From an uncultured cyanobacterium (GTDB taxonomy: Bacteria; Cyanobacteriota; Cyanobacteriia; PCC-6307; Cyanobiaceae), in assembly GCA_963765575.1 (NCBI GenBank), contig CAVXWZ010000008.1, forward strand, positions 96,001 through 160,000: 64,000 bases of DNA, in the 5' to 3' direction. The notes beneath the pieces were generated by a model. It saw nothing but the letters and a program-made list of their open reading frames with translations, was not told the DNA's origin and made no database searches. Shown in pieces: positions 1-11,748 of this stretch; within the stretch, counting starts at the first letter, position 1; every line of letters starts with the position of its first letter. A program made the position numbers and the translations under genes.

Positions 1-140
1 CCGCGGCCCCAGACGCTGCGGGCCTGGGCGGCGGGCAGATTCAGCAGCCCCGCCTGGATGGCGAGGGCCAGGGCGGCGCTGGCGGCCCCCAGGGCGGCTC
101 CCAGCAGCAGGCGAGGACGGGGGGAGGGGGAGGTAGCCAT
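1..140 (-). CDS. N-terminal fragment of a probable secreted protein (runs off window start)
   Basis: ATG at 140 reads MATSPSPRPRLLLGAALGAASAALALAIQAGLLNLPAAQA-RSVWGR: basic N-terminus, hydrophobic core and AQA cleavage-like site. Lies just downstream of hemH. Confidence 0.5.
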   Translation of the reverse strand, partial: MATSPSPRPRLLLGAALGAASAALALAIQAGLLNLPAAQARSVWGR

Positions 141-167
141 CTCAGATCAGGTCCTTCGATCAGGTCC

Positions 168-1343
168 TCAGAGCAGGCCCAGGGCATGCAATGGTCCACG
201 GCCACTGAGCAATTCCAGCAGAAAAGCAGAAAAGCCCACCATGGCCAGGCGTCCATTCCAAACCTCGGAGCTGTTGTTCCAGCCCCAGGCCCACTTGTCC
301 TGGGGATAGAGCTTCACCTTGGTGGGCAGGGCAGCCGCCTGGTCCAGGTTCACCTCGGGGCCCTCGAGGGCGTGTTGCACCAGATCCGCCAGACCGGTGA
401 TGAAGGCGGGCGTGGTGTCGAGCGCGGGTACCCGCCGGAAGTTGGTGATGCCGGCCTCCGTGGCGATCTCGCGGTATTCGATGTCGATCTCTTCGAGCGT
501 TTCGATGTGCTCGCTCACGAAGCTGATCGGCACCACCACCAGGTCTTTCACGCCCTGGGCGCCGAGGTCTTCGAGGGCCTCATCGGTGTAGGGCCGCAGC
601 CACTCCACGGGGCCGACGCGGCTCTGGTAGGCCAGGGTGGAGGGGTTGGCATGGCCCAGATCGGCCTCCAGCTGGCGCATCACCAGGGCGGCGCAGGCCT
701 CAATCTCCTGTTGATAGGGGTCTCCCGCCTCCTCCACGTAGCTCTTGGGCACGCCATGGGCGCTGAAGAACACGTGGGCGCTGGCGGGGTCCGGGCAGGC
801 CTGGATCTCCTTGGCGATCAGCCCCGCCATGGCGCTGATGTAGCCGGGGTCGTCGTAGTAGCTGCGGATGCAGCGGATCGGCAGCCGCTCGAAGCCGGGG
901 TCGGCCTGGCGCAGGCGTTTGAGCTCCCGGAAGCTGGAGCCGCTGGTGCTGATCGAGAAGTGGGGGTAGAGGGGCAGCACCACCACCTCATCCACGCCGT
1001 CGGCCTTGATGTCGGCCACGGCCGACTCGGTGAAGGGGTGCCAGTAGCGCATCGCCACGTAGCTGGTGGCCTCGATGCCCCGCTGCCGCAGGCTGCTCTG
1101 CAGCTCCCGCGCCTGCTGTTCGGTGATGCGACGCAGCGGTGACCCCCCGCCGATGGAGCGGTAGGCCTCCTGCGACTTGCCGGCCCGCAGGCTGCTGATC
1201 AGCCAGGCCAGGGGCTTCTGCAGAGCCGGGTTGGGCAGCCGGATGATCTCCGGGTCGGAGAAGAGGTTGTACAGAAACGGCCCCACGTCCTGGATCCGCT
1301 CGGGACCCCCGAGGTTCAGCAGCAGCACGCCAACCTTGGCCAT
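168..1343 (-). CDS. hemH: Ferrochelatase with C-terminal CAB/Hli-like helix
   Basis: [49 protein letters not shown]-terminal [12 protein letters not shown] motif. Confidence 0.97.
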   Translation of the reverse strand: MAKVGVLLLNLGGPERIQDVGPFLYNLFSDPEIIRLPNPALQKPLAWLISSLRAGKSQEAYRSIGGGSPLRRITEQQARELQSSLRQRGIEATSYVAMRYWHPFTESAVADIKADGVDEVVVLPLYPHFSISTSGSSFRELKRLRQADPGFERLPIRCIRSYYDDPGYISAMAGLIAKEIQACPDPASAHVFFSAHGVPKSYVEEAGDPYQQEIEACAALVMRQLEADLGHANPSTLAYQSRVGPVEWLRPYTDEALEDLGAQGVKDLVVVPISFVSEHIETLEEIDIEYREIATEAGITNFRRVPALDTTPAFITGLADLVQHALEGPEVNLDQAAALPTKVKLYPQDKWAWGWNNSSEVWNGRLAMVGFSAFLLELLSGRGPLHALGLL

Positions 1344-1477
1344 GCCTTCGTTCCGTCCCGCGCACCGACCGAGAGCGTAACGCTGGCAGCCTTGCCCTAG
1401 CCCTGTCGCGTTCCCATCGATACCTTCGGACGTCCTCCGCGTGCCGGGCGATCGCGGTTCCCTCCGCCACAGCTGCC

Positions 1478-2761
1478 GTGCCGGTCGCTGGCTTTCCGGC
1501 CCAGCCGGGTGGGGCCCCGGCGGAGACCTCTGCCGAGACCTCCCTTGCCGCAGTCGATGCCGCCCTGGGCGCGCACAACGCCCGCCTGGCGGCGATCGGC
1601 ATCAGCCTGGGTATCGAGCGCCGGGGCGGCCGGCTTGGCCTGCGCGGTCCCCTGCCCTGTCGCCGGGGTGAAGCGACCCGGCCGGTCCAGCGCATCAGCC
1701 TCGGCCTGCCCGCCACGGTCCAGGGACTGCGGCAGGCCCGCCAGCAGCAGCGCCAGGTGCTGCGCCAGCTGGAGCAGGGCTGCTTCCGCTGGGACCACTG
1801 GCGCCGGCAGCCGCGGCCGGTACCGCCCCCCGATCCGCTGCCGCTGGTCCCCCCTGGTGGCCAGGGTCTGCAGGCGCTGGTGGGCGACTTTGAGCGGGCC
1901 TTCTTCGAGGATCCCCGGCGCCGGCGCAACGCCGCCGGCAGCCGCAGCACCTGGACCGCCGCCTATCGCCCCTACCTCAGGCGTCTGCAGGCTCTGGCCG
2001 GTGACGGCCTGGCTGGTGGCAGGTCCGACCCACCGCTGGGTCCGCTGCTGGAGCGGGTACTGGAGAGCTATGGGCCCGGCAGCAGCAGCCGCCAGCAGTG
2101 CGGCATCGCCCTGGCGGCCCTGGCCCGGCACGCCGGCCTGGCCCTGCCTCCGGATTGGCGGGACCGTGCCGGCGGCTACGGCCTGCATGCCGCCCGCTTT
2201 CGCCAGCTGCCCAGCGACGCCCGCATCCTGCAACTGGTGGAGCTGATCCCCAACCCCGCCTGGCGGCTGGCCTACGGCCTGATGGCCAGCTATGGCCTGC
2301 GCAACCACGAGGTGTTCTGCTGCGATCTCTCGGCCCTGGCTCCGGGCGGCGACCGGGTGATCCGGGTGCTGCCCACCAGCAAGACCGGCGAGCACCAGGT
2401 GTGGCCCTTTCAGCCCGACTGGGTGGAGCACTTCGGCCTCGAACGGCTGGGGGATCACCAGGGTCTGCTGCCGGCGGTGTGCACCGACCTGCGGCGCACC
2501 ACCCTGCAGCAGGTGGGGCGCCGGGTGGCGGAGCAGTTCCGTCGCTATCAGCTGCCGATCACCCCCTATGACCTACGCCATGCCTGGGCCGTGCGCACCA
2601 TCCACATCGGCCTGCCGGACACGGTGGCGGCACGGATGATGGGCCACTCGGTGGCGATCCACACGCGCACCTACCACCACTGGATCACCCGTCGCGACCA
2701 GCAGCAGGCGGTGGACACCGCCCTGGCCCGCCAGCGTGACGGCAGCCGGGGGGTGGCCTGA
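1478..2761 (+). CDS. Tyrosine recombinase / site-specific integrase (start uncertain)
   Basis: YGLRNHE (R), TSKTG (K), [14 protein letters not shown] and HTRTYHHW (catalytic Tyr). Confidence 0.9.
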   Translation: MPVAGFPAQPGGAPAETSAETSLAAVDAALGAHNARLAAIGISLGIERRGGRLGLRGPLPCRRGEATRPVQRISLGLPATVQGLRQARQQQRQVLRQLEQGCFRWDHWRRQPRPVPPPDPLPLVPPGGQGLQALVGDFERAFFEDPRRRRNAAGSRSTWTAAYRPYLRRLQALAGDGLAGGRSDPPLGPLLERVLESYGPGSSSRQQCGIALAALARHAGLALPPDWRDRAGGYGLHAARFRQLPSDARILQLVELIPNPAWRLAYGLMASYGLRNHEVFCCDLSALAPGGDRVIRVLPTSKTGEHQVWPFQPDWVEHFGLERLGDHQGLLPAVCTDLRRTTLQQVGRRVAEQFRRYQLPITPYDLRHAWAVRTIHIGLPDTVAARMMGHSVAIHTRTYHHWITRRDQQQAVDTALARQRDGSRGVA

Positions 2762-2798
2762 ACCCGCCAGAGTGACGCTCCTGCCTGCCCTGCCCGCC

Positions 2799-3512
2799 AT
2801 GCCCCACAGCCAGCTGGACGCCGCGCTGGAGACCGCCGCCAACCCTGCCGGTGGGAGCGACCTCGACCGCCAGGCCGCCGAACTGGGTCCGGGCGGCGAT
2901 CTGGCGCCGGAGAGCGATCAGGAGGCCTACCGCCGCCGCATGGCCCGGCGCCAGCAGGTGCAGCGACAGCGGGTCGGTGAGCGGTCCCTGGAGAAGGGGC
3001 TGGTGCTGGTGTTCACCGGCGATGGCAAGGGCAAGACCACCGCGGCCCTTGGCCTGGTGCTGCGCAGCCTCGGCCATGGCGAGCGGGTGGCGGTGGTGCA
3101 GTTCATCAAGGGCGGCTGGCAGCCCGGGGAGGCCCGGGCCCTGGAACTGTTCGGCGAAGCCCTGGCCTGGCATGCCCTGGGGGAGGGCTTCACCTGGGAA
3201 ACCCAGGACCGGGAGCGGGACCGGGCCCTGGCCCAGGCGGCCTGGGAGCGCTCCTGCGTCTACCTCGCCGACCCCGGCCGCCATCTGGTGGTGCTCGACG
3301 AGGTGAATGTGGCCCTGAAGCTTGGCTATCTGACGCTGGAGCAGGTGCTGCAGGGGCTGGCCCTGCGGCCCCCGCTCACCCACGTGGCCCTCACCGGCCG
3401 TGGCGCCCCGGCGCCCCTGCTGGAGCGCGCTGATCTGGTGACGGAGATGAAGCTGGTGCGGCATCCCTTCCGCGAGCAGGGGGTGAAGGCCCAGCGCGGC
3501 ATCGAGTTCTGA
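2799..3512 (+). CDS. cobO: Cob(I)yrinic acid a,c-diamide adenosyltransferase
   Basis: [50 protein letters not shown]. Confidence 0.95.
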   Translation: MPHSQLDAALETAANPAGGSDLDRQAAELGPGGDLAPESDQEAYRRRMARRQQVQRQRVGERSLEKGLVLVFTGDGKGKTTAALGLVLRSLGHGERVAVVQFIKGGWQPGEARALELFGEALAWHALGEGFTWETQDRERDRALAQAAWERSCVYLADPGRHLVVLDEVNVALKLGYLTLEQVLQGLALRPPLTHVALTGRGAPAPLLERADLVTEMKLVRHPFREQGVKAQRGIEF

Positions 3513-3561
3513 GGCTTGCAGGCGCGGCCATTGCTACGGTGCCGCAGATCAACGGGGGCCG

Positions 3562-4269
3562 ATGGGATACAGGCGCGTGCTCCTCAAACTCAGCGGCGAA
3601 GCGCTGATGGGGGAGCAGGGCTACGGCATCGACCCGGCCATCGTCCAGTCGATCGCGGCGGATGTGGCCAGCTGCGTGGCCGACGGCACCCAGCTGGCCA
3701 TCGTGGTGGGCGGCGGCAACATCTTCCGTGGCCTCAAGGGCAGTGCCGCCGGCATGGACCGGGCTACGGCCGACTACGTGGGCATGCTGGCCACGGTGAT
3801 GAATGCCATCACCCTGCAGGACGGCTTGGAGCGGGTCGGGGTGCCCACCCGGGTGCAGAGCGCCATCTCGATGCAGGAGGTGGCCGAGCCCTACATCCGC
3901 CGCCGGGCGATCCGCCACATGGAAAAGGGCCGGGTGGTGATCTTCGCGGCCGGCACCGGCAACCCCTTCTTCACCACCGACACCACCGCCGCCCTGCGGG
4001 CGGCCGAGATCAACGCCGACGTGGTGTTCAAGGCCACCAAGGTGGATGGCGTCTACGACCGCGACCCGGCGCTCTATGCCGATGCCCAACGGTTCGAGAC
4101 CCTCTCGTTCCTGCAGGTGCTGAGCGGCGAGCTGGAGGTGATGGACGGCGCCGCCATCGCCCTCTGCAAGGACAACGCCATCCCCATCGTGGTGTTTGAT
4201 CTGTTCGGTCCCGGCAACATCGGTCGGGCCGTGCGCGGTGAGCCGATCGGTACCCGCATTCACCCCTGA
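3562..4269 (+). CDS. pyrH: Uridylate kinase
   Basis: [36 protein letters not shown]; adjacent to frr. Confidence 0.98.
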   Translation: MGYRRVLLKLSGEALMGEQGYGIDPAIVQSIAADVASCVADGTQLAIVVGGGNIFRGLKGSAAGMDRATADYVGMLATVMNAITLQDGLERVGVPTRVQSAISMQEVAEPYIRRRAIRHMEKGRVVIFAAGTGNPFFTTDTTAALRAAEINADVVFKATKVDGVYDRDPALYADAQRFETLSFLQVLSGELEVMDGAAIALCKDNAIPIVVFDLFGPGNIGRAVRGEPIGTRIHP

Positions 4270-4286
4270 GCCACAAGCCGAGCGAC

Positions 4287-4826
4287 ATGGACCTGGAAGC
4301 CACGATGCGCAAGTCGGTGGATGCCGCCCTGCGCAACTTCAACACCATCCGCACCGGGAGAGCCAACACCTCCCTGCTCGACAAGATCAGCATCGAGTAC
4401 TACGGCGCCGAGACGCCCTTGAAGTCGCTGGCGAGCCTCACCACCCCCGATTCCCAGACGATCCAGATCCAGCCCTTCGACATCAGTTGCGTGGGGCTGA
4501 TTGAGAAGGCGATCTCCATGAGCGATCTGGGCCTCACCTGCAACAACGACGGCAAGCTGATCCGCATCAACATCCCGGCCCTCACTGAGGACCGGCGCAA
4601 GGAGCTCTGCAAGATCGCCGCCAAATACGGCGAGGAGGGCAAGGTGGCCCTGCGCAACAACCGCCGTGACGGCATCGATCGCATCAAGAAGCGTGAGAAG
4701 GACGGCGAACTCTCGGAGGATCAGAGCCGCGACGAACAGGACAAGGTGCAGAAGCTCACCGACCGCTTCATCGCCGAGCTGGAGCGGCACCTGGCCGACA
4801 AGGAGGCTGAGATCCTCAAGGTTTGA
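4287..4826 (+). CDS. frr: Ribosome recycling factor
   Basis: [34 protein letters not shown]. Confidence 0.97.
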   Translation: MDLEATMRKSVDAALRNFNTIRTGRANTSLLDKISIEYYGAETPLKSLASLTTPDSQTIQIQPFDISCVGLIEKAISMSDLGLTCNNDGKLIRINIPALTEDRRKELCKIAAKYGEEGKVALRNNRRDGIDRIKKREKDGELSEDQSRDEQDKVQKLTDRFIAELERHLADKEAEILKV

Positions 4827-6004
4827 GCCTCACAGCCTCTGGCCCCTGGGATGTGATTGTGGTGGGAGCGGGGGCGGCCGGGGCTGCCGCCGCCGTTCAC
4901 CTCGCCCGCAGCGGCCGCGCGGTGCTGCTGCTCGACCAGGCCCGCTTCCCGCGCGCCAAGCCCTGCGGTGGTGGCATGGCCGCCTCGGTGCAGGCCCTGT
5001 TTCCCTTCGACCTCAGCCCGGTGGTGGAGGCGGTGATCGAACGGGTGCGCTTCACCTGGAACCTCGGCGATCCGGTGGTGGCCGAGTTGCCGGGAGAGGC
5101 ACCGTTCTGGATCGTGCGCCGAGCCAGCCTCGATGCCTTCCTGGTGCAGCAGGCCCAGCTGGCGGGGGCCAGCTTCCTGCCGGGATGCGCCGTGCAGGGG
5201 GTGGAGCGCCGCGCTGGGCGCTGGCGCCTCAGCCTGGCCGCTGCTGCCGCCGCCTCGGCGCCGGCCGGCGGGCTGGAAGCCCCGGCCCTGGTGATCGCCG
5301 ATGGTTCCGGTTCGCGGCTGGTGGCCGGCCTGGGCCTCGGCCCCAGCCGGCCCCGCTTCGCCACCACCGTCTCGGTGGAGCTGGAGGGGGAGATGGCCGA
5401 TCCGGCCACGGCCCATTTCGGCTTTGGGCTGGTTCCCCAGGGCTTCTGCTGGGCCTTTCCGCGCCGGGGTGGCGCCAGCATCGGCCTGGGCAGTTTCATC
5501 GGCCGACCCGCCAATCCCACCACGGCCCGCAGAGACGCCGATACCGTGCTCACCAGGCTGCTGCCCAGCCTCGGCTTCGCCCAGGACGCCGGCTTGCGCA
5601 CGGTCAACCGCCTGCGGGTCTGGGATGGGCACCATCCCCTGCATGCCGAGGGGGTGGTGGCGGCCGGGGATGCCGCCTCCCTGTGTGACCCCTTCCTGGC
5701 CGAGGGGCTGCGGCCGGCCTTGCTGAGCGGTTGCCGCGCCGCCACGGCCATCGACAACTGGCTCAGCGGTGACGCCGAAGCCCTGCCCCGCTACAGCGAG
5801 GGCCTGCGGCGCGACTGGGGCGAATCGATGGCCTGGGGGCGGCGCATCGCCAGCGTCTTCTACCGGGTGCCGCGGGTGGGGTATCAGCTGGGCATCAAAC
5901 GTCCCACCGCGCCCCAGCGCATCGCCCAGATCCTCTCAGGCGAGATGGGCTACGGGGATATCGCCCAGCGGGCAATCCGCCGCTTGCTGTTTCAGCGCGG
6001 CTGA
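4823..6004 (+). CDS. Geranylgeranyl reductase family FAD-dependent oxidoreductase
   Basis: [46 protein letters not shown]. Confidence 0.85.
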   Translation: MSLTASGPWDVIVVGAGAAGAAAAVHLARSGRAVLLLDQARFPRAKPCGGGMAASVQALFPFDLSPVVEAVIERVRFTWNLGDPVVAELPGEAPFWIVRRASLDAFLVQQAQLAGASFLPGCAVQGVERRAGRWRLSLAAAAAASAPAGGLEAPALVIADGSGSRLVAGLGLGPSRPRFATTVSVELEGEMADPATAHFGFGLVPQGFCWAFPRRGGASIGLGSFIGRPANPTTARRDADTVLTRLLPSLGFAQDAGLRTVNRLRVWDGHHPLHAEGVVAAGDAASLCDPFLAEGLRPALLSGCRAATAIDNWLSGDAEALPRYSEGLRRDWGESMAWGRRIASVFYRVPRVGYQLGIKRPTAPQRIAQILSGEMGYGDIAQRAIRRLLFQRG

Positions 6005-6014
6005 GGCACCGGGC

Positions 6015-6395
6015 TCAGCCGATGCGGGTGCAGTCCTTGAGCTGGCGCAGGCGTTGATCGATCGAGCCCAGCAACTCAATCGCAAACATCGGCGATTCCT
6101 GCACGGCGAAGAGAAATTTCTCCCGGTTCATTACCAGCAGGCGGCAGGGGCTGATCGCCTTGGCGTCGCCAAAACGACGGTGCTCGCTGGTGACCAGGGC
6201 GCCGGCCCCGAAGACGTCGCCGGCCTGGATCTGTTCATGGCCCGAATCGCTGTCCCAACTCAGCTGCACCTCACCCTCCAGCAGCCCGAACATGCAGTCG
6301 CCGGGATCACCGGAGCGGAAAATCAGCTCACCCGGTGCCACGTTGATCACCTCACCCTCGCTGGCCAGGGCACGCATGGTGTCGAGGGCATTCAT
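6015..6395 (-). CDS. Stand-alone cyclic nucleotide-binding domain protein
   Basis: GELIFRSGDPGDCMFGLLEGEV, GDVFGAGAL, RRFGDAKA; 126 aa with no HTH. Confidence 0.85.
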   Translation of the reverse strand: MNALDTMRALASEGEVINVAPGELIFRSGDPGDCMFGLLEGEVQLSWDSDSGHEQIQAGDVFGAGALVTSEHRRFGDAKAISPCRLLVMNREKFLFAVQESPMFAIELLGSIDQRLRQLKDCTRIG

Positions 6396-6497
6396 GGGCT
6401 AAGGCAGTGATGGGCTCAGCCAGTGTGCACGAGCCAGGTGAAGGGACGGTGAAGGCCCCAGCTCCATCTGGCTCTGATCAGACCATCTGGTGCTGAA

Positions 6498-7670
6498 TCA
6501 GACCAGGCTCACCGCTAATGCGGCGCCCAGTCCCCCGCGAACGTCGTCGGGGGCGAGACGGCCATCCTTGTCGGTGTCGAGGGCATCGAACACCGCATCG
6601 CTGCCCAGCCACTCCTCGCGGGTGATGCAGCCGTCGCCGTCGAGGTCGTTGAGCAGGAAGATCTCGTGCACCGCATGGCCGAAGGCGGCGCCACCCTCCA
6701 GTTCTGCCAGCCTGTGGGCCAGCTGGGCTTCGAGGGTTTCGATCGCCTTGCAGAAGCCGCGGATGCCCTCATCGAGCTTCTCGGTGGCCATGGGATCGGC
6801 GGCCAGCATCGCCCCGAAGCCCGCTTCATCGAGGTGGATCTGGGCCTCGGTGGGGGCGGGGTCGAAGGGGTTGAGCTTGCGCTCCAGCACCCCGTCGGTG
6901 TTGCGCAGTTCGCCGAGCAGGGCCGGAGAGATGGTGAGCAGATCGCAGCCGGCCAGCTCGATGATCTCGTCGGTGTTGCGGAAACTGGCGCCCATCACCT
7001 CGGTCTTGTAGCCGTAGGTCTTGTAGTAGTTGAAGATCTGGGTCACCGACACCACTCCGGGATCTTCGGGGCCGGGATAGCTGTCGCGGCCGCTGCTTTT
7101 CTTGTACCAGTCGAGAATCCGACCCACGAACGGGGAGATCAGCGTGACCCCGGCCTCCGCGGCTGCAACGGCCTGGGCGAAGGAAAACAGCAGCGTGAGG
7201 TTGCAGTGGATGCCTTCGCTCTCCAGCTGCTCGGCGGCCTTCATCCCCTCCCAGGTGGAGGCCACCTTGATCAGCACCCGGTCTTTGCCGATGCCGGCTT
7301 CGGCGTAGAGCTCGATCAGACGGCGGCCCTTGGCGATCGTGGCCTCGGTGTCGTAGCTGAGGCGCGCATCCACTTCGGTGGACACCCGACCCGGCACGAT
7401 CTTGAGAATCTCCTTGCCGAAGGTGACGCAGATCTCGTCGAGGGCTTCACGCACCACGGCATCGGCGCCGGCGGCGGCCCCCATCACCTGCCGGGACTCG
7501 CGCAGGGAGCGGTCGATGAGTTCCTGGTAAGCAGGGATCTGGGCGGCGGCCAGGATCAGCGAGGGGTTGGTGGTGGCATCGCGCGGGGTGAACTGCTTGA
7601 TCGCGTCAATGTCACCGGTATCGGCCACCACCACGGTCATGGCGGCGAGTTGATCGAGCAAATTGGCCAT
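6498..7670 (-). CDS. tal: Transaldolase with C-terminal EF-hand pair
   Basis: [58 protein letters not shown] and [10 protein letters not shown] loops. Confidence 0.97.
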   Translation of the reverse strand: MANLLDQLAAMTVVVADTGDIDAIKQFTPRDATTNPSLILAAAQIPAYQELIDRSLRESRQVMGAAAGADAVVREALDEICVTFGKEILKIVPGRVSTEVDARLSYDTEATIAKGRRLIELYAEAGIGKDRVLIKVASTWEGMKAAEQLESEGIHCNLTLLFSFAQAVAAAEAGVTLISPFVGRILDWYKKSSGRDSYPGPEDPGVVSVTQIFNYYKTYGYKTEVMGASFRNTDEIIELAGCDLLTISPALLGELRNTDGVLERKLNPFDPAPTEAQIHLDEAGFGAMLAADPMATEKLDEGIRGFCKAIETLEAQLAHRLAELEGGAAFGHAVHEIFLLNDLDGDGCITREEWLGSDAVFDALDTDKDGRLAPDDVRGGLGAALAVSLV

Positions 7671-7780
7671 CTCTGGCGGGGATCCCGGTTGGGCAAACGC
7701 TAGCCAGCCCAGAGCCCTGCCCCCACGCTGGGCCGTGTCGCTTGCGCGAATGGCCACACAGCCCTCTGGCTGGTGGCGGC

Positions 7781-9616
7781 TCAGGCCCCGGGGGTGACCG
7801 CAGTGGAGCGCTGGGCCCCGGGACTGGAGGGGGGGATCTGCTCCAGCACCAGCAGGGCATCAATGATCTGGCGGGCCACCGGTGCGGCCACCGTGGAGCC
7901 GTAGGTGTTGCCGCCCTTGGGTTCGTCCACCACCACCAGCACCACGTAGCGGGGGTCGTCGATCGGCAGGTGGCCGACGAAGCTGGTGATCAGAGCTCCG
8001 GGGATGTAGACGCCGCGCTCGGCCTTCTGGGCCGTGCCTGTCTTGCCGCCGATCCGGTAGCCCGGCACCTTGATGCCGAGGCTGCCGCTGTTGGCCACCA
8101 CCGCTTCCATCCACCCCATCACGGTGGCGGTGACCTCCGGATCGAGGAGCTGGATGCCGGCATTGCCCGGGGAGGGGGCCAGTGCTTCACCGGAGCGCAG
8201 CCCCCGGGTGATGTGGGGGCTCACCAGGCGACCGCCGTTGGCGAGCATGGCGTGCAGCTGGGCCAGCTTCAGCGGGGTGAGCGAAAACCCCTGGCCGAAG
8301 GCCGACACCGCCGGCTCGATCGGGTGGCTGATGAACACACTGCGCGACTTCAGCTCACCGGCGACGGCGCCGGGCAGATCGGTGTCCGGACGGGTATCGA
8401 TGCCGATGTTGTGCAGCCACTCCCAGAAACGCTCACGCTTCACCCGGGCCATGGCGTTCACCATGCCCACATTGCTCGACACCTCCAGCACCGTGGCGAA
8501 GTCGATCACGCCATTGCCCTGCCGGTTGTGGTTGAAGATCGGCCAGCCGCCGATGCTCAGCTGACCGGGGTCGTTGACCGTGCCCTTGGGGTCGATGGCC
8601 TTCTCCTGCAGGGCGATGGCCAGGTTGATGGGCTTGAAGGTGGAGCCCGGTTCGTAGAGATCCTGCACCGACCATTCGCGGAACAGCCCCGGGTTGTACT
8701 TCCAGAACTGGTTGGGGTCGTAGGTGGGGTAGGAGGCCAGCGCAAGCATTTCGCCGTTGCGCACGTCCATCACCAGGGCGGCGGCACGCTTGGCCTTCCA
8801 CTTCGCCACCTGGTTGGCCAGGGCCTGCTGGGCCACCTGCTGCAGGCGCGCGTCCAGGGTCAGCTGCAGGCGCAGGTCGTCGCCGTAGAGCGAGCCGGCC
8901 GTGATGCCCTCAGGCAGGGGGGTGCCGTCGGCTCCCCGGCGCATGCTCAGGGTGCTTTCCTGGCGCCTGAGGTCACTGTCGCGGCTCTGCTCCAGACCGG
9001 CCTGGGGAACCCGTTCCAGGTTGAGAAAGCCCACCACGTTGGCGAACAGGGGACCCTGGGGGTAGATGCGCTGGGGATAGGCCTCCAGATCCAGACCACT
9101 GATCCCCAGTTCACGGATGCGGGCGGCGGTTTCCGGATCGATGGTCGTGCCCAGCTTCACGCCGCTGGGGCGGCCCGCCATGCGTTGGTGCAACAGCTCC
9201 GCGGGCTGGGCCAGCACGGGGGCGAGGCGCGCGGCCACCTCCTCGCGGCTGCGCAGCTTCTGGGGGTCGTCGCCGGGGAAATTGAAATAGCGGGGATGGG
9301 CCCAGAGGGTGAAGCGCTCCTCGTCGAGGGCCACCAGGCGGCCATTGCGATCAACGATCGTGCGGCGCTTGCCCAGCGGCGTCTGCGACTGGGTCTGGAT
9401 GGCCCGGGCCTTGGCCTCCAGGTTGGCCGTGTCGATCACCTGCAGCCAGGCCAGGCGCCCAGCCAGCCCGGCCAGGCCAAGGCAGAGCAGCGCGTAGACG
9501 GCCAGCAGGCGCCCCGGGCTGGGGGGCTGCATCGACACCACCCGCTGCTGGCTGGATGGCGCCCTGCGCTGCGCGGAAGCAGGCCGGCGGGAACGTTGCA
9601 GCGAGGAGGGGGCCAT
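7781..9616 (-). CDS. ftsI: Class B penicillin-binding protein (FtsI/PBP3-type)
   Basis: N-terminal [19 protein letters not shown] (SxxK), SSN (SxN), GKTGTAQK. Confidence 0.9.
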   Translation of the reverse strand: MAPSSLQRSRRPASAQRRAPSSQQRVVSMQPPSPGRLLAVYALLCLGLAGLAGRLAWLQVIDTANLEAKARAIQTQSQTPLGKRRTIVDRNGRLVALDEERFTLWAHPRYFNFPGDDPQKLRSREEVAARLAPVLAQPAELLHQRMAGRPSGVKLGTTIDPETAARIRELGISGLDLEAYPQRIYPQGPLFANVVGFLNLERVPQAGLEQSRDSDLRRQESTLSMRRGADGTPLPEGITAGSLYGDDLRLQLTLDARLQQVAQQALANQVAKWKAKRAAALVMDVRNGEMLALASYPTYDPNQFWKYNPGLFREWSVQDLYEPGSTFKPINLAIALQEKAIDPKGTVNDPGQLSIGGWPIFNHNRQGNGVIDFATVLEVSSNVGMVNAMARVKRERFWEWLHNIGIDTRPDTDLPGAVAGELKSRSVFISHPIEPAVSAFGQGFSLTPLKLAQLHAMLANGGRLVSPHITRGLRSGEALAPSPGNAGIQLLDPEVTATVMGWMEAVVANSGSLGIKVPGYRIGGKTGTAQKAERGVYIPGALITSFVGHLPIDDPRYVVLVVVDEPKGGNTYGSTVAAPVARQIIDALLVLEQIPPSSPGAQRSTAVTPGA

Positions 9617-9689
9617 GGATCCGGCCAGGGTGTGCAGAAGGCTGATGGGTGGCGGGTCGAACCAGAGAGCCGCGCCGAGGGCGGCAGGC

Positions 9690-10133
9690 TCAGTAGCCGG
9701 CGGCGGCCGAACTCCAGCTCAGGGACGCCAACGGCAGCACCGCGGCCGGCTGGGGGCGGGGCGGCGGCGGCGGCACAAAGATCAGCCGGTCGCTGCTGGT
9801 GGGCACCAGCTGGCCAGGCTTGCCGGCGGGGCCCAGGTGATGGCGCTCCAGCTGGGCGGCCGACTCCTGCAGGCGGTGTTCCAGCACCTGGGAGGCCTCC
9901 AGGGTCTCAAAGCTCTGGCCCCACTGGTGCTGCCAGTGGAGGGTGAGGCCGCTGAGGGCCAGCATGCAGAGGCCGAGCCCGGCGAGGGTGCCGTCGGTGG
10001 CCCGGTGCATCCCCAACAGCCAGGGAGCGCGGCGCGCAGCGGACCGCCCGGAGAGGGATCCCTGGATCAGCTGCAGCGGACGCTGGCCTGGGGGGCCCTC
10101 GGCGCCCCGCGCTGGGAGTTTGGAGGCGACCAC
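9690..10133 (-). CDS. Hypothetical single-TM coiled-coil protein upstream of ftsI (FtsL-like?)
   Basis: One TM (LAGLGLCMLALSGLTL) followed by a helical segment; position before ftsI; GTG start inferred. Confidence 0.65.
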   Translation of the reverse strand: MVASKLPARGAEGPPGQRPLQLIQGSLSGRSAARRAPWLLGMHRATDGTLAGLGLCMLALSGLTLHWQHQWGQSFETLEASQVLEHRLQESAAQLERHHLGPAGKPGQLVPTSSDRLIFVPPPPPRPQPAAVLPLASLSWSSAAAGY

Positions 10134-10200
10134 GGGGTGAGCCAAACGTTCTGCAAGTGAACCACCCGCCCAGCGCCACAGCAAGGCCCTGACGGGGATT

Positions 10201-11607
10201 TCATCCGGCCAGCAGCAGCAGGTTGGTGAAGGTGAAGCCATTCCAGAGGCTGTGCATCAGCACGCAGGGTCCCAGGCGCCCGCTGCGCAGCCGCAGCCAG
10301 CCCAGACCGACTCCGAGCACCGTCAGCGGCAACAGTTCACCAAGGCTGAGATGGGCCAACCCGAACACCAGGGCACTGACCAGCACCCCCAGCCCACCCC
10401 CCCAGCGGCGCCCCAGCACCGGCAGCAGCACCCCGCGGAACAGACTCTCCTCAAAGAGTGGAGCGAGCACCATCGCCGTGAGGGCAAAACACAGCAGAGC
10501 CAGGGGATCGCGGGCGGTGAGCACCAGCTCCAGCAGGGGGTTGCTGCCCCCCGGATCGCCCACCACACGGCTGATCAGCCAGCCCGAGAAGGCCACCACC
10601 GGCAACACCATCAGCCCATGGCTGAGGGCGGCGCCGATCGCCGAACCGGCCGGTCGCCAGCGCCACTGCAGCCAGCCGTTGTCGGGCCGCTGATCAGCCA
10701 GGGGCCGCAACAGGGCCTTGAGAATCAGCAGGGGCGGCACCATCAGGCCGAAATAGAACACCAGCACCTGCAGACCCTGCTGGCGCAACGGCATGGCCTG
10801 CAGGGGCACCAGCAGCGGCCGCAGGGCCGGCGAAAGCAGCAGCGGCACACTCAGCTCGCCGAGCACCACGAAACCTCCGGCGATCAGCAGGGTCACATCC
10901 ACGAGGTTGAGGGCAGGGCCCACCAGCGGCGGAGCCGCCGGCTGCCGCCGCCGCACCAGCAGCCAGGCCTCCCGCAGCAGCAGTCCCAGCCCCAGCAGCA
11001 GCAGCAGCCCCGGCAGCCAGCTCACGGCCAGCAGTCGTGCCAAGGCCTGGCGCTGCTGGACGGGCTCACCACAGTCGGCCCGCGCCGGTTCCAGCGCCTG
11101 GCAGAGCAACTGGCCGGTGAGGGGAGTCAGTTCGCTGGTCCAGGGGGCTGTGAGCGCGCTGAGCTGGTCCGCACGGGCGGCGGCAGCCCCCGCCCCCTGC
11201 TGATCCAGCGCGGCCAGCAGCTGCCGGTTCTCGGGGGGAACCTGGCCCCGCAGCTGTTCCAGCAGGACCTCACTGCGCTGCAGGTGCCCGCCGCGGCGAC
11301 TGAGCAGGGCCAGCTGCAGCAGCTGGTCGGGAGTGCCTGGGCCGGGGTCGGCGGCCAGGCTCTGCTCCAGCTGGATCGCCAGGTCCTTGTGGGCCTCGGG
11401 CCCACCGAGCAGGGGCTTCAGCCCCGGCGGCAGGGCCGGGGTCGCCAGCAGCTGCAGCTGCAGCTGGCGCAGCTCCAGGGCGTTGCCCACCGAGGGGCGA
11501 TCCAGGCTCTGCAACAGGCCGTTGATCCACAGCAGGCTGCAGAGCAGCAGGCTGATGGCGGCGAGCACCAGCTTCCAGCGCGGTGAGGCGTCGGTGGGAA
11601 CGGACAA
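10201..11607 (-). CDS. CPBP/CAAX (Abi) intramembrane metalloprotease
   Basis: APLFEESLFRG, FGLAHL, MHSLWN; multiple TMs. Real start inferred near 11607; the 1041-aa ORF is an over-extension. Confidence 0.88.
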   Translation of the reverse strand: MSVPTDASPRWKLVLAAISLLLCSLLWINGLLQSLDRPSVGNALELRQLQLQLLATPALPPGLKPLLGGPEAHKDLAIQLEQSLAADPGPGTPDQLLQLALLSRRGGHLQRSEVLLEQLRGQVPPENRQLLAALDQQGAGAAAARADQLSALTAPWTSELTPLTGQLLCQALEPARADCGEPVQQRQALARLLAVSWLPGLLLLLGLGLLLREAWLLVRRRQPAAPPLVGPALNLVDVTLLIAGGFVVLGELSVPLLLSPALRPLLVPLQAMPLRQQGLQVLVFYFGLMVPPLLILKALLRPLADQRPDNGWLQWRWRPAGSAIGAALSHGLMVLPVVAFSGWLISRVVGDPGGSNPLLELVLTARDPLALLCFALTAMVLAPLFEESLFRGVLLPVLGRRWGGGLGVLVSALVFGLAHLSLGELLPLTVLGVGLGWLRLRSGRLGPCVLMHSLWNGFTFTNLLLLAG

Positions 11608-11748
11608 GCGCGGTGCAGCGAGGGAGGCAATGGGCTGGATTCTCCCCCCGGCCGGAGGAGCTGGCCGGAGGGGCTGGCCGGGGCGCCCGGGGAGCGGCTG
11701 GGCAGGATGTGCTGCTCCCATACGATGACCTGGAGCAGCCCTGGGTCC

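Noticed and set aside
144..170. GATCAGGTCCT x2, and the similar short imperfect repeat at ~6468-6505
   Set aside because: Two-copy local duplications next to stop codons with no evidence of function.
1478..2761. Prophage or genomic island boundary at the integrase
   Set aside because: Flanks are housekeeping genes; no tRNA, att repeats or cargo.
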